Source: Candidatus Peregrinibacteria bacterium (lineage in GTDB: Bacteria > Patescibacteriota > Gracilibacteria > UBA1369). Taken from it: a DNA stretch of 64,000 nt. The stretch's first letter is position 1. Every line of letters starts with the position of its first letter. The DNA lies in the NCBI GenBank assembly GCA_963708185.1, contig OY970195.1:348004-412003 (forward strand), written 5' to 3'. This document shows, in pieces, positions 12,372 to 20,794 of this stretch. The notes beneath the pieces were generated by a model, which worked only from the letters and a program-made list of their open reading frames with translations, ran no database searches and was not told the DNA's origin. The position numbers were made by a program, and so were the translations under genes.

Positions 12372-13040
12372 TTATTTTTGTTCTTTTTCCATTGTACTCA
12401 ATTTTTGGAGAAGGTCATCACGAAATTGCGAATTTTCGGGCGGGAGCATGGAAGTGGGATGGACCTCCTGGTGTTCGTTTTGTTCGTTTTTTTGCAGACT
12501 GGGGTGTCTGAACTCATCCGGAAACCGGCGGCGGGTTTCTTCATAGAGTACCATGAGGCGCCGCGCAGGCTGTTTGGCGAGCGGGTTGCTCCGCCGCCGG
12601 TCTTTCAGGTCTTCTTCAAAGGCGTCCGGGTCGTCGCCGGGTTCAAATTTCAGAACGTCAATGGAGTGGAAGTAGGCCTTGACCCCCATTTGCAGCCTTT
12701 GTATTTCAGTCAGAGGAGGAGCCTGAAGATTCATATCTTCTCTGAGCGCCTCCTTCGCCTCATTTTTGTTGAGGCTCACGGCCCTGGCAAGATCGGCAAG
12801 TATTGTTTTTGTTTTTTCATCCGCCCAGTCAGCCCTGAATGCATCAGCGGAGAAGCGAAACGCCAGATTGGGAAAGTTTAAAAAAAGCTCAAGACGTTGA
12901 GCTTCGGTGAGTTGGGTTAAAAGTGATATCAGTTCTTCGTCTTTTTTAAAAGAAGACATCTGTTTTTCCCGCTCATGGGAGTCTGTTGATCTTTTGACAG
13001 AGTCAAAGAGAGATTCTTCAGGAGCGGTTCCTTGGGGCAT
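12372..13040 (-). CDS. hypothetical protein
   Basis: 222-aa charged, helical ORF in the same orientation and tightly spaced with 12028 and 13050. No motif recognised. Confidence 0.55.
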   Translation of the reverse strand: MPQGTAPEESLFDSVKRSTDSHEREKQMSSFKKDEELISLLTQLTEAQRLELFLNFPNLAFRFSADAFRADWADEKTKTILADLARAVSLNKNEAKEALREDMNLQAPPLTEIQRLQMGVKAYFHSIDVLKFEPGDDPDAFEEDLKDRRRSNPLAKQPARRLMVLYEETRRRFPDEFRHPSLQKNEQNEHQEVHPTSMLPPENSQFRDDLLQKLSTMEKEQK

Positions 13041-13049
13041 GTGGTTTGG

Positions 13050-13460
13050 TTAGTCTTTATCCGGGTTTTTTGCAGCCGCTGAGACCGTTTCTGTTACCTC
13101 GTCCGTACCGGTTTTGAAGAGCGACCTGGCAGCTTCTTCAAATATTCCCTGACTTGGCGGGATGTTCGTGGTAGCCAGACGTTCAGGCGTCATGGAGCTT
13201 CGTGGCGGGACGCTAATTTTTTCTTCCGGGGCCGGCTCCTGTTCGGTCGGGTTTTCACCATTTGTATCGTTGATTTCCACGGCACCCTGAAGACTTTCTT
13301 CCATGAGTTTTTTTGTCAAAGCACCGATGTCTCCGACTTTTGATCCCGCAGGTAAGGCGAGGCTCGGCTCTTTACGTCGGCGCAGAGCTTTGATCTCTTC
13401 ATCGGATAAAACCGGGTTTTCACCTTCCGGAGCCGGAAGAGTGGATGGAGTTTTCATCAT
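13050..13460 (-). CDS. hypothetical protein (acidic, probably disordered)
   Basis: 136 aa, Pro/Glu-rich. First gene of the three-gene minus-strand block. Confidence 0.5.
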   Translation of the reverse strand: MMKTPSTLPAPEGENPVLSDEEIKALRRRKEPSLALPAGSKVGDIGALTKKLMEESLQGAVEINDTNGENPTEQEPAPEEKISVPPRSSMTPERLATTNIPPSQGIFEEAARSLFKTGTDEVTETVSAAAKNPDKD

Positions 13461-13538
13461 GATTTCAATATGTTAAGGCGATAATTAAACAGAAATTTAA
13501 CATATTAGTCAATGTCAGCCCTATGGTACAATATTTTC

Positions 13539-14309
13539 ATGTTTACCGATACCCATTCTCACATCCATTTTAGCAAAGAGTTCCCGGATGTTGAGGACAT
13601 TTTGATTAGAGCTCAAAAAAAAGCCGTCTCAAGGCAGATTATCGTTGGGTGCACGGTGAAGGATTCCTATGAGGCTCTGGACTTTGTCAAAAACCACGGG
13701 CAATTTTCCCTCTGGTCCACCCTTGGGGTTCATCCTCACAATGCAGACGAATGGAACGACGACACGAGAAAAAAATTTCTATCAACGGTGGAAAAAGAGA
13801 AGAAGGTCGTCGCGTTGGGTGAGCTTGGGTTGGATTATTTCAGGAATTTCAAGCCGAAAGACGTACAACTGAAAGCTTTTTCCGAACAGCTTGCGTTGGC
13901 GAAAGCACTTGATCTCCCGGTAGTCGTTCATGTCCGTGACGCCTGGGACGATGCCATGAAGGGACTCAAGGCAGCCGGCAATACGAAAGTTATTCTTCAT
14001 TGTTTCACGGGAACCGAGGAGTACGCGGCAATTTGTAATGACAGGGGATACCATTTATCCTTTTCCGGGGTTCTCACGTATCCTAAAAACGCTTACCTCA
14101 GGGAAATAGCATCAAAACTTCCCTCCGAGCTGCTGTTGATCGAAACCGACTGTCCGTACCTTACACCCCAGGTTTTCAGGGGCAAGAGAAACGAGCCGGC
14201 GTTCGTGGTGGAAACTGCGAAGGTCCTGGCGGAAGTCAGGGGTGTGACGCTGGACGAGGTCGGGGAACAGACAACGGCCAATGCGGTCAGGCTTTTTGCA
14301 ATTTCATAA
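13539..14309 (+). CDS. tatD: TatD-family metal-dependent hydrolase/DNase
   Basis: MFTDTHSHIHF (HxH motif), GELGLDY, VVVHVRDA, ILHCFTG and IETDCPYL. The start at 13539 is preferred over 13512 because a TGnTACAAT -10 element (13524-13532) lies inside the longer ORF. Confidence 0.85.
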   Translation: MFTDTHSHIHFSKEFPDVEDILIRAQKKAVSRQIIVGCTVKDSYEALDFVKNHGQFSLWSTLGVHPHNADEWNDDTRKKFLSTVEKEKKVVALGELGLDYFRNFKPKDVQLKAFSEQLALAKALDLPVVVHVRDAWDDAMKGLKAAGNTKVILHCFTGTEEYAAICNDRGYHLSFSGVLTYPKNAYLREIASKLPSELLLIETDCPYLTPQVFRGKRNEPAFVVETAKVLAEVRGVTLDEVGEQTTANAVRLFAIS

Positions 14310-15630
14310 GTTCCTGAAGATCCTGGACCTGGACGACGCTTATGGTTTTTGACGTCGGAGTTTTACTGATTTTGGGGACGAAGATTTTTTTGAACCCGAG
14401 CTTCTCGGCCTCTTTAATTCTTTTGGCGAGTTCGGAGACGCTCCTGAGTTCACCGGAAAGTCCGATTTCACCAATGTAGATGCTGTCGGCGGTGACCGGT
14501 TTTTGCGTCAGCGACGATATGATGGCGACGGCGACGGCCAGGTCAGCGGCCGGCTCGTTGAGACGGAAGCCGCCGACGATGTTAACGTATACGTCCTGGT
14601 TGGAGAGATTGAACTTGAGGTGTTTCTGGATGACGGCGATAAGCAGCTGGAGCCGGTTGTTGTCGAAGCCGCTTGCGGCGCGTTTGGGATATCCGAAGGC
14701 CGTAAGATTCGTTAAGGCCTGGACTTCAAGCAGCAATGGCCTGGTTCCTTCGACCGTGGCGGTTATCGCCGAGCCGAAACTGTCCTTTTTCCTGCCTTCA
14801 AGAAAAAGTTCGGAAGGGTTTGCCACTTCACTGAGTCCTTTCTCGTTCATTTCAAAGATTCCGACTTCATGAGTCGGGCCGAAACGGTTCTTCATACTGC
14901 GGAGCATGCGCAGGTTCTGGTAGCGTTCGCCTTCCAGAAAGAGGACCGTATCGACAAGGTGTTCAAGGATTCGAGGTCCCGCCAGGTTTCCGTCTTTGGT
15001 GACGTGACCAATGAGGATCACCGGCGTAGCGGTCCTTTTTGCGAACTCCATCAGCCGTTCCGTGCAGTAGCGCACCTGGCTTATGCTGCCGGCCAGCGAT
15101 CCGATGTCGGACGAATACATGACCTGGATCGAGTCGATAATGACGCATTCAGGCTTCGAAGATTCCACCGTGGCCAGGATATGTTCGAACTGCGTTTCGC
15201 CAAGAAAATCGATGGGTTCCTTCATACCGAGTCTTTGCGCTCGCGAAGAGATCTGGTGTTTGGACTCTTCACCCGATACGTAAAGGACCTTTCGTTTTTT
15301 TGCGGCGATGCGGTTGCAGATCTGGAGCGTCAGTGTGGATTTTCCTATTCCGGGTTCTCCGCTTAAAAGGACCATGCTCCCTTTTACCAGTCCGCTTCCC
15401 AGTACTCTGTTCAGTTCTTCTATGCCAGTATCGATCCTTGATTCGACGCTTTCGTCATGAACAAGAGGGCTCGTACTGAGCACCTTGCCGGCGCTTTTTT
15501 GCTTTGACGGCGATTTCTCGACGACGTCCTCCTGGAAGGAGTTCCATGCATCACAGTCCGGACATTTTCCGAGCCATTTCGGCGATTCGTAACTGCACTT
15601 TTCGCAGATGTAAATGTTTTTCAGTTTCAT
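14287..15630 (-). CDS. radA: DNA repair protein RadA/Sms
   Basis: 447 aa. Zinc finger CEKCSYESPKWLGKCPDCDAWNS, Walker A GEPGIGKST, KNRFG, and a Lon-like C-terminal domain. Confidence 0.95.
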   Translation of the reverse strand: MKLKNIYICEKCSYESPKWLGKCPDCDAWNSFQEDVVEKSPSKQKSAGKVLSTSPLVHDESVESRIDTGIEELNRVLGSGLVKGSMVLLSGEPGIGKSTLTLQICNRIAAKKRKVLYVSGEESKHQISSRAQRLGMKEPIDFLGETQFEHILATVESSKPECVIIDSIQVMYSSDIGSLAGSISQVRYCTERLMEFAKRTATPVILIGHVTKDGNLAGPRILEHLVDTVLFLEGERYQNLRMLRSMKNRFGPTHEVGIFEMNEKGLSEVANPSELFLEGRKKDSFGSAITATVEGTRPLLLEVQALTNLTAFGYPKRAASGFDNNRLQLLIAVIQKHLKFNLSNQDVYVNIVGGFRLNEPAADLAVAVAIISSLTQKPVTADSIYIGEIGLSGELRSVSELAKRIKEAEKLGFKKIFVPKISKTPTSKTISVVQVQDLQELMKLQKA

Positions 15631-16769
15631 GTGTTTTGTTTATCACCTAGGACATTATGGTAAACCTTTTTTGTTTTTTCCACCATCGTCCTGATGTCGA
15701 ACTGTTTGACTTTATGGTGTCCCAAAAACGCAAGTTTTTCCATAAGCGGTCGGTTGTTGAGAAGCGCAAGAATCGTCTGGGCGAGTGCATCGTAATCTTT
15801 CGGTTGAACGAGAAATCCTGTTTTCCTGTCATCGACGATTTCAGGGATCCCGCCCACCTTGGTCGCTACCACGGGCAGTTGGGCTGCCATTGCCTCGAGC
15901 AGGACCAGCCCGAAAGCTTCTTTTACGCTGGGAAGGACAAACAGGTCGCTGCTTTTGAGAAGTTTTGGAATGTTCTCCTGGTGTCCCAGAAATTTTACCT
16001 TCTCACGGATTTTCAGTTTTTCGGACAGTTTGATGAGGTCATTTTTTTCAGGTCCTTCGCCAACAATAACGAGCTTTGTATTATTTTTTTGCTCAGCTAT
16101 TTTTTTCATGGCTCTCAGGAGATATTTCAACCCCTTTCGCGGATGGAGTGCGGCGATGGTCAAGAGCACGGTATCGTCCGGTCCTGCTCCGAAAAGCTGC
16201 GATCTGATTTTCTGTTTCTCCTGGGTTGAAAAGTGGAAGAGCTCTTTTTCAAACGCTTCAAGATCAATTCCGTTGTGGATGACACTCACCTTATTTTTCA
16301 GCTGGGGGTACCAGGCAAGCATCTGTTTCAAATTCGCTTCAGACACGGTTATTGAATGGCTGGTTCTTGAGAGCGCGCGTCGCTTGATGTTTTTTTTCAG
16401 TCCCGTCAGCAGAAAAGGGTCATGTTCCGTCGTAACGATGGGAACGTTTTTTTTCATTCCCGCCCAAAAAGCGTAACGGCAGGAACCCGGATTCCATAAA
16501 TGAAGATGGAGCAGGTCGGGCGTTTCTTTCTGAAGGATTTTTTTCAACTGGAGATAGTGCCTGGGGTCATGTTTGTGGCTGACTTTCAAGCGTATGATTT
16601 GGATCCCGTCTTTTTTCATTTCACTGCACCACGGGTCGAGTTTCTTTGAGTTCGAACATACCAGCCGGACATGATATCCGTCCTTTATCAGTTTTTTCGC
16701 CAGAAGGTGAATGTGTTTTTCGGCGCCTCCGGTGAAAGGGGTGTCGGTATAGAAAAGAATGTTGTTCAT
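15627..16769 (-). CDS. glycosyltransferase family 4 (GT-B)
   Basis: 380 aa. Carries GGAEKHI and the C-terminal EAFGLVLLEAMAAQLPVVATKVGGIPEIV (EX7E region). Confidence 0.85.
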   Translation of the reverse strand: MNNILFYTDTPFTGGAEKHIHLLAKKLIKDGYHVRLVCSNSKKLDPWCSEMKKDGIQIIRLKVSHKHDPRHYLQLKKILQKETPDLLHLHLWNPGSCRYAFWAGMKKNVPIVTTEHDPFLLTGLKKNIKRRALSRTSHSITVSEANLKQMLAWYPQLKNKVSVIHNGIDLEAFEKELFHFSTQEKQKIRSQLFGAGPDDTVLLTIAALHPRKGLKYLLRAMKKIAEQKNNTKLVIVGEGPEKNDLIKLSEKLKIREKVKFLGHQENIPKLLKSSDLFVLPSVKEAFGLVLLEAMAAQLPVVATKVGGIPEIVDDRKTGFLVQPKDYDALAQTILALLNNRPLMEKLAFLGHHKVKQFDIRTMVEKTKKVYHNVLGDKQNT

Positions 16770-16887
16770 AACAAATCCATTTTAGTAAAAAACCGCTTGA
16801 ATCAACAGGGCAAGAGTGTTAATTTTATTGCGCTCTTTTTCAAGAAGGGTTGAAGTACGTATTTGTCTCATGTGTCGGGTGGAGTGC

Positions 16888-16963
16888 GGGTCAGTAGCTC
16901 AGCTGGTAGAGCAACTCCCTCTTAAGGAGATGGTCCCCGGTTCAAGCCCGGGCTGGCCCACCA
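16888..16963 (+). tRNA. tRNA-Lys (anticodon CTT), CCA encoded
   Basis: Cloverleaf folded by hand. Acceptor GGGTCAG/CTGGCCC, anticodon loop CTCTTAA, T-loop TTCAAGC, 76 nt. Confidence 0.9.
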
Positions 16964-16990
16964 AGATGACTTGAGCAAAATTTTCAAAAC

Positions 16991-17018
16991 AAAAGCCGCT
17001 GACAATCCAGCGGCTTTT
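16991..17018. terminator. bidirectional intrinsic terminator between tRNA-Lys and the convergent cupredoxin gene
   Basis: AAAAGCCGCTG, loop ACAATC, CAGCGGCTTTT. An A-run and a T-run flank a GC-rich stem. Confidence 0.55.
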
Positions 17019-17047
17019 GAAGATTTTCTGATCGTGAGTTTGTGCGT

Positions 17048-18142
17048 TTATTGAACGGTAACGGTGCCGGTCATAAACGGATGGATTGAACAGTGGTAGC
17101 TATATGTTCCCGGAGTGTTAAAGGTATAGCTGAAGGTGTCTCCGTTGTTGAGGTTTCCACTGTCGAAGGTTGTGCCGTCGTCGCTGGTAACGGTGTGCGT
17201 GGTTGAATCCGAGTTGGTCCATACCACCGTTTGTCCCGCTGAAATGGTGAGATCGGCGGGAGCAAACGCAAAGTTGGCGATGTCGACGTTCATGGACTGT
17301 TCTTGTGTTGTTTGTTGAGTTGTTTCCTGCGTCATTTCTTGAGTCATTTGTTGGGTTGTTTCCTGTGTCATGGCTTGCGTCATTTCTTGAGTCATGGCTT
17401 GGGTTTCCTGCTGGCTCATGGCCTGGACCTCTTCAGGAGTCATGTACTTGTCCCATCCCATTTCTTTCAGGTACATGAGGCGGTACATGGCTTCGGAAAG
17501 TTTGCCTCTGGTCATGCCCTGTGCCGGGGAAACCATGTTGTTGCTGTCGGCGTCGATAAGATTTTTTTCTTTGGCGTATTCCACGTAAGGTGCGTACCAC
17601 TGGTTCATATATGCGTCTGCGTAAGGATCTGCACTTACGGTGAGACCGGACACGTCAATCTGCTGAGCGAGCAGAAGGATTTTAAGGTTTTCAACCAGAT
17701 TTACGGTTTGGGCCGGTTTGAAAGTTCCGTCATCGTATCCCTGGACAATGCCGAGGTTTTTCGCTTTGTCCACGTAAACAGCGTACCAGTCGTCTCGTGG
17801 AACGTCGCGGAACGGTTCGAGATCAACGGAGTCAGCGACCTGGATGCCGGAACCGAGAAGGATAATCTTCAGCGCTTCAGCGCGGTTGACGACTTGGTCA
17901 GGTTTGAAAGTTCCGTCTGGATAGCCGTCGATGACACCATGGTCTTTCAAATACATGATGGCAGTATAATCAGGAGTTGACGTTGAAACGTCGGAAAACA
18001 CCTGTGTTCCCGAATCCATGGACATTGATGTGTCCGTGGAAGTACTGGTATCGCTCATCATTTGCGCACCTACGATCATCGGCAACGAAAACATGAGGAT
18101 GCTCCCACTTAAGATACCAGCGAGAGTCTTTTTGACTTTCAT
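17048..18142 (-). CDS. surface protein: signal peptide, SLH repeats, Gln/Thr-rich repeat linker and a type-1 copper (cupredoxin) domain
   Basis: Start taken at MKVKKTLAGILSGSILMFSLPMIVGAQ. There are three GYPDGTFKP-type SLH repeats. The C-terminus HTVTSDDGTTFDSG...YSYHCSIHPFMTGTVTV supplies H, C-x2-H-x2-M copper ligands. The longer track ORF (to 18415) would overlap mutM. Confidence 0.8.
   Translation of the reverse strand: MKVKKTLAGILSGSILMFSLPMIVGAQMMSDTSTSTDTSMSMDSGTQVFSDVSTSTPDYTAIMYLKDHGVIDGYPDGTFKPDQVVNRAEALKIILLGSGIQVADSVDLEPFRDVPRDDWYAVYVDKAKNLGIVQGYDDGTFKPAQTVNLVENLKILLLAQQIDVSGLTVSADPYADAYMNQWYAPYVEYAKEKNLIDADSNNMVSPAQGMTRGKLSEAMYRLMYLKEMGWDKYMTPEEVQAMSQQETQAMTQEMTQAMTQETTQQMTQEMTQETTQQTTQEQSMNVDIANFAFAPADLTISAGQTVVWTNSDSTTHTVTSDDGTTFDSGNLNNGDTFSYTFNTPGTYSYHCSIHPFMTGTVTVQ
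17290..17435 (-). repeat. in-frame imperfect tandem repeat encoding (Q/E)(A/T)(M/T)TQE units
   Basis: The protein stretch QQETQAMTQEMTQAMTQETTQQMTQEMTQETTQQTTQEQ is encoded by reiterated CATTTCTTGAGTCAT / GTTTCCTG units. Confidence 0.5.
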
Positions 18143-18188
18143 CTGAAAAGGGTTAAATAATAATGACCCGTAGATTTTAGCACATTTT

Positions 18189-19013
18189 ATGCCGGAATTA
18201 CCAGAAGTTGAAACAATCGTCAGAGAATTAAGACCCAAAGTTGTCGGGAAAAAATTTTGGTGCGTGGAAGGAAAGCTGAAATATGTTTTTCTTCCTTCAT
18301 ACGAAGAGATCTCCTCAGGGATCAAAAACCTGAAGATTTCCGGAATTGAACGACGCGGAAAATTTATAGTTTTTATTCTTGAACGAAACTTGAGGCTCGT
18401 GATCCATCTTCGCATGAGCGGACGCCTTCTTTGGAAAAAAGTTCCCAGGAAGGAGAAGCATATCAGGGCTGTTTTCCGTTTTACAGACGGAACGTCGCTT
18501 ATTTTTTCCGATGCGAGGAAGTTCGGGAGGATCTGGTTTTATTCCGTGATGGATTATGAGACGGCAACCGGAATTTCGCGATTGGGAATTGAGCCGTTTT
18601 CCTCTACATTCAGCCGTAATTCTTTGAATAAACTTTTTGTTCAAAGAAGGGGATTTCTAAAAAATACGCTTTTACGTCAGGACGTTATCGCAGGAATCGG
18701 GAACATTTATGCAGATGAAATTTGTTACCGTATCGGTCTTCATCCTCGGTCGCGCCTGGAACGTCTGAAGCCCGGTGATTTGTTTCGCCTTCATGAAGCT
18801 GTTTTGTATTGTCTGGGTGAGGGGATTGAACACTGCGGTGCGTCGGTTTCAGATTTTGTGGGAACAAGAGGTACGCTTGGAAAACACCAGAAATATTTGC
18901 AGGTTTACGGGAGGAAGGACGATCCCTGTCACCAGTGCGGTTCGGTCATACAAAAAACGAAGGTCGCAGGACGCGGAACCTTCGTTTGTGTTCAATGTCA
19001 GGTTATACGGTGA
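18189..19013 (+). CDS. mutM: formamidopyrimidine-DNA glycosylase (Fpg/MutM)
   Basis: 274 aa. N-terminal MPELPEVET and a C-terminal zinc finger CHQCGSVIQKTKVAGRGTFVCVQCQ. Confidence 0.9.
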   Translation: MPELPEVETIVRELRPKVVGKKFWCVEGKLKYVFLPSYEEISSGIKNLKISGIERRGKFIVFILERNLRLVIHLRMSGRLLWKKVPRKEKHIRAVFRFTDGTSLIFSDARKFGRIWFYSVMDYETATGISRLGIEPFSSTFSRNSLNKLFVQRRGFLKNTLLRQDVIAGIGNIYADEICYRIGLHPRSRLERLKPGDLFRLHEAVLYCLGEGIEHCGASVSDFVGTRGTLGKHQKYLQVYGRKDDPCHQCGSVIQKTKVAGRGTFVCVQCQVIR

Positions 19014-19015
19014 TT

Positions 19016-19315
19016 TTAGTGGTGTGCAGCTGCAGCAGATGCATGGGTTGCCCCGTGTGCATCATGGTTTTCGGTGTGAGCTCCGTGCGCTTCGGTACCG
19101 TGCCCATGTGCTCCATGGTCGTCATTGCTGAAGAGCCCTTTCAAGACGTCCTTGAAGAATCCGGTTGCGGTTTTGTAGAGTTTTCCGATGGCGATGCGGA
19201 CGCTGTCGATGATTTTGCCGACGCCCTCGCCGAGCGTTTCCAGAACACTTTCAGAATTGTGACCTGCTTCCACGGCTTCGTGGCTGTGAGCGGTTTCAGA
19301 ATGGGATGCTGACAT
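19016..19315 (-). CDS. small histidine-rich protein (possible metal-binding)
   Basis: Start taken at MSASHSETAHSHEAVEAGH. The longer ORF would overlap tRNA-Leu. The C-terminus is DDHGAHGHGTEAHGAHTENHDAHGATHASAAAAHH. Confidence 0.5.
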   Translation of the reverse strand: MSASHSETAHSHEAVEAGHNSESVLETLGEGVGKIIDSVRIAIGKLYKTATGFFKDVLKGLFSNDDHGAHGHGTEAHGAHTENHDAHGATHASAAAAHH

Positions 19316-19370
19316 AAAATTTTTGTAAGAAAATGGGTAGTATTTTAACTTTTTTATTGAAAATGTCAAG

Positions 19371-19457
19371 TGGTGCCGAGGGCGGGGATCGAACCCGCAC
19401 GATATTGCTATCACGGGATTTTAAGTCCCGCGCGTCTGCCAGTTCCGCCACCCCGGC
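19371..19457 (-). tRNA. tRNA-Leu (anticodon TAA), long variable arm, CCA encoded
   Basis: The reverse complement reads GCCGGGG...CGGGA-CTTAAAA-TCCCG, then a long variable arm, GGTTCGATCC and CCTCGGCACCA. Length 87 nt. Confidence 0.9.
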
Positions 19458-19495
19458 GCGTTGTGCTGTTTCCCCAAGACGGGGGTGACTTCAGG

Positions 19496-20095
19496 TTATT
19501 TCAAGGAGAAGGATTTTACAATCGCCTGAACGACGTTAATATTGTCCGTTGTTTCTTTGGGCGAGTATGAGCCTGTGACGATGTAGGCGTAATTTCCTTT
19601 TACCGCGTACGTCTGGTAAAAAACAAGAAGGTCACTTTGTGCATCTTTTTTTCCTTCAAAGGTTTCTATATAGGTGTCGACGTCCTTTCCTGCGATTTTT
19701 ACTTTCACGAGATCCTGTTTGTCTTCTTTGTAGTTGACGAGTCCGGTCTTCTGGCGATTAATGACCTCTTTTGCGTATTCGAGGGACTCAACGCTGTTCT
19801 GGATCGTTCTGCGGATGACGTTCACATTGGCCGTGAAGGTATCATTTTTTACGTTGTTGCGAACGACCAGTGCTGTTTCGGGGGGAACGTCGCTCGTAAA
19901 ATTTTTTGATTCGATGACATCCCATTCTCGCGGAATTGTAAGGTTGAATTCGGGGTTATCGATAATCCTGGATTGGTTGTTCGTCGTCGCGTTCTGTTGG
20001 TTTGTTGAACCTCCGCATCCTGCAAGTGCCAGGACAGAGAATGTAATCAATGAGATTTGAAGGAGTTTTTTTGTGGTGGTTTTCATAGTGATCAA
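19496..20095 (-). CDS. lipoprotein of unknown function
   Basis: 199 aa with a signal peptide and lipobox (FSVLALAGCGGS). The mature domain is beta-rich. Confidence 0.7.
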   Translation of the reverse strand: MITMKTTTKKLLQISLITFSVLALAGCGGSTNQQNATTNNQSRIIDNPEFNLTIPREWDVIESKNFTSDVPPETALVVRNNVKNDTFTANVNVIRRTIQNSVESLEYAKEVINRQKTGLVNYKEDKQDLVKVKIAGKDVDTYIETFEGKKDAQSDLLVFYQTYAVKGNYAYIVTGSYSPKETTDNINVVQAIVKSFSLK

Positions 20096-20297
20096 GAGGA
20101 AACACGCTTATTTTACTGGACTTTGCGCCCCGCTACAAATTTTTTGTGATCTTCCATAGATAAAGTCGTTGCGGAAAATTTGGAAGGATTGACAAAAATA
20201 AAATTCATCCTAAGATGTTTGTTACTTTTTCGGGATTGAAGAAAAGTTTTCTGTTTATCAGCGGAAATGCTTATCTTTACCTGAAAAAGCGATATTT

Positions 20298-20694
20298 GGC
20301 AGCAAGGCAGGAGAGAGGTGTCCATGAGTTTGCCTTCAAGCATGCGTCCTCCGTCCAGCAGGAGGAAAGACCAGCTGGTGGATGAGCGTTTTCGTGAGTG
20401 GGAAGCTCGACAGAAGGCCGCTGGAAATCAGCCTGCAAAGCCTTCGTCTGCTCCCGCACGTGATGACAAGGCTCATCAGGGTCTCGACTTCGACGACCGT
20501 GAAGAGCAGGGAGTCGATGGTGACGGGAAAGGGAAGTAGTCCAACGACCCCGACCCTCACGTTTGATCAACACTTTCAAGGAGGTGTCTCCCCGGAATCG
20601 ATGTCATGAAGTAGGTACGGAGCCGGAGAGGTAGGAACGCGCAGGACGCGTTCCGCCTCTCCGGCTACCGCCGACACTCCACTGTCTTGCTGCC
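20298..20694 (+). ncRNA. candidate structured RNA of unknown class (RNase P RNA should be tested); the alternative is a 71-aa acidic protein
   Basis: The region looks more GC-rich than its flanks and is open in four frames at once. A 9-bp closing helix pairs GGCAGCAAG (20298-20306) with CTTGCTGCC (20686-20694). GGAGGAAAGACC (20361-20372) resembles the RNase P CR-I motif GAGGAAAGUCC. A 19-bp interrupted hairpin spans 20621-20666. Confidence 0.3.
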
Positions 20695-20794
20695 CTATCC
20701 TTTTTAACTCAATTGTCATGAAATCATCGTTCATGTCTTTTGCATTGTCCAAAAATCTTCTATTATACCTTTGTTATTTTTTGTTTTTTGGTTT

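Noticed and set aside
18143-18415. 91-aa N-terminal extension of the SLH-cupredoxin ORF
   Set aside because: It would overlap the mutM start on the other strand. The signal peptide begins at MKVKK (18142).
19316-19414. N-terminal extension of the His-rich ORF
   Set aside because: It overlaps tRNA-Leu(TAA) on the same strand.
20298-20694. tmRNA or SRP RNA identity for the structured-RNA candidate
   Set aside because: It has no tRNA-like 3' end (no TCCACCA or T-arm). It has no tag-peptide frame ending in hydrophobic residues plus a stop. It has no SRP domain IV GGAA-tetraloop motif. It is kept only as an RNA of unknown class, with RNase P still to be tested.
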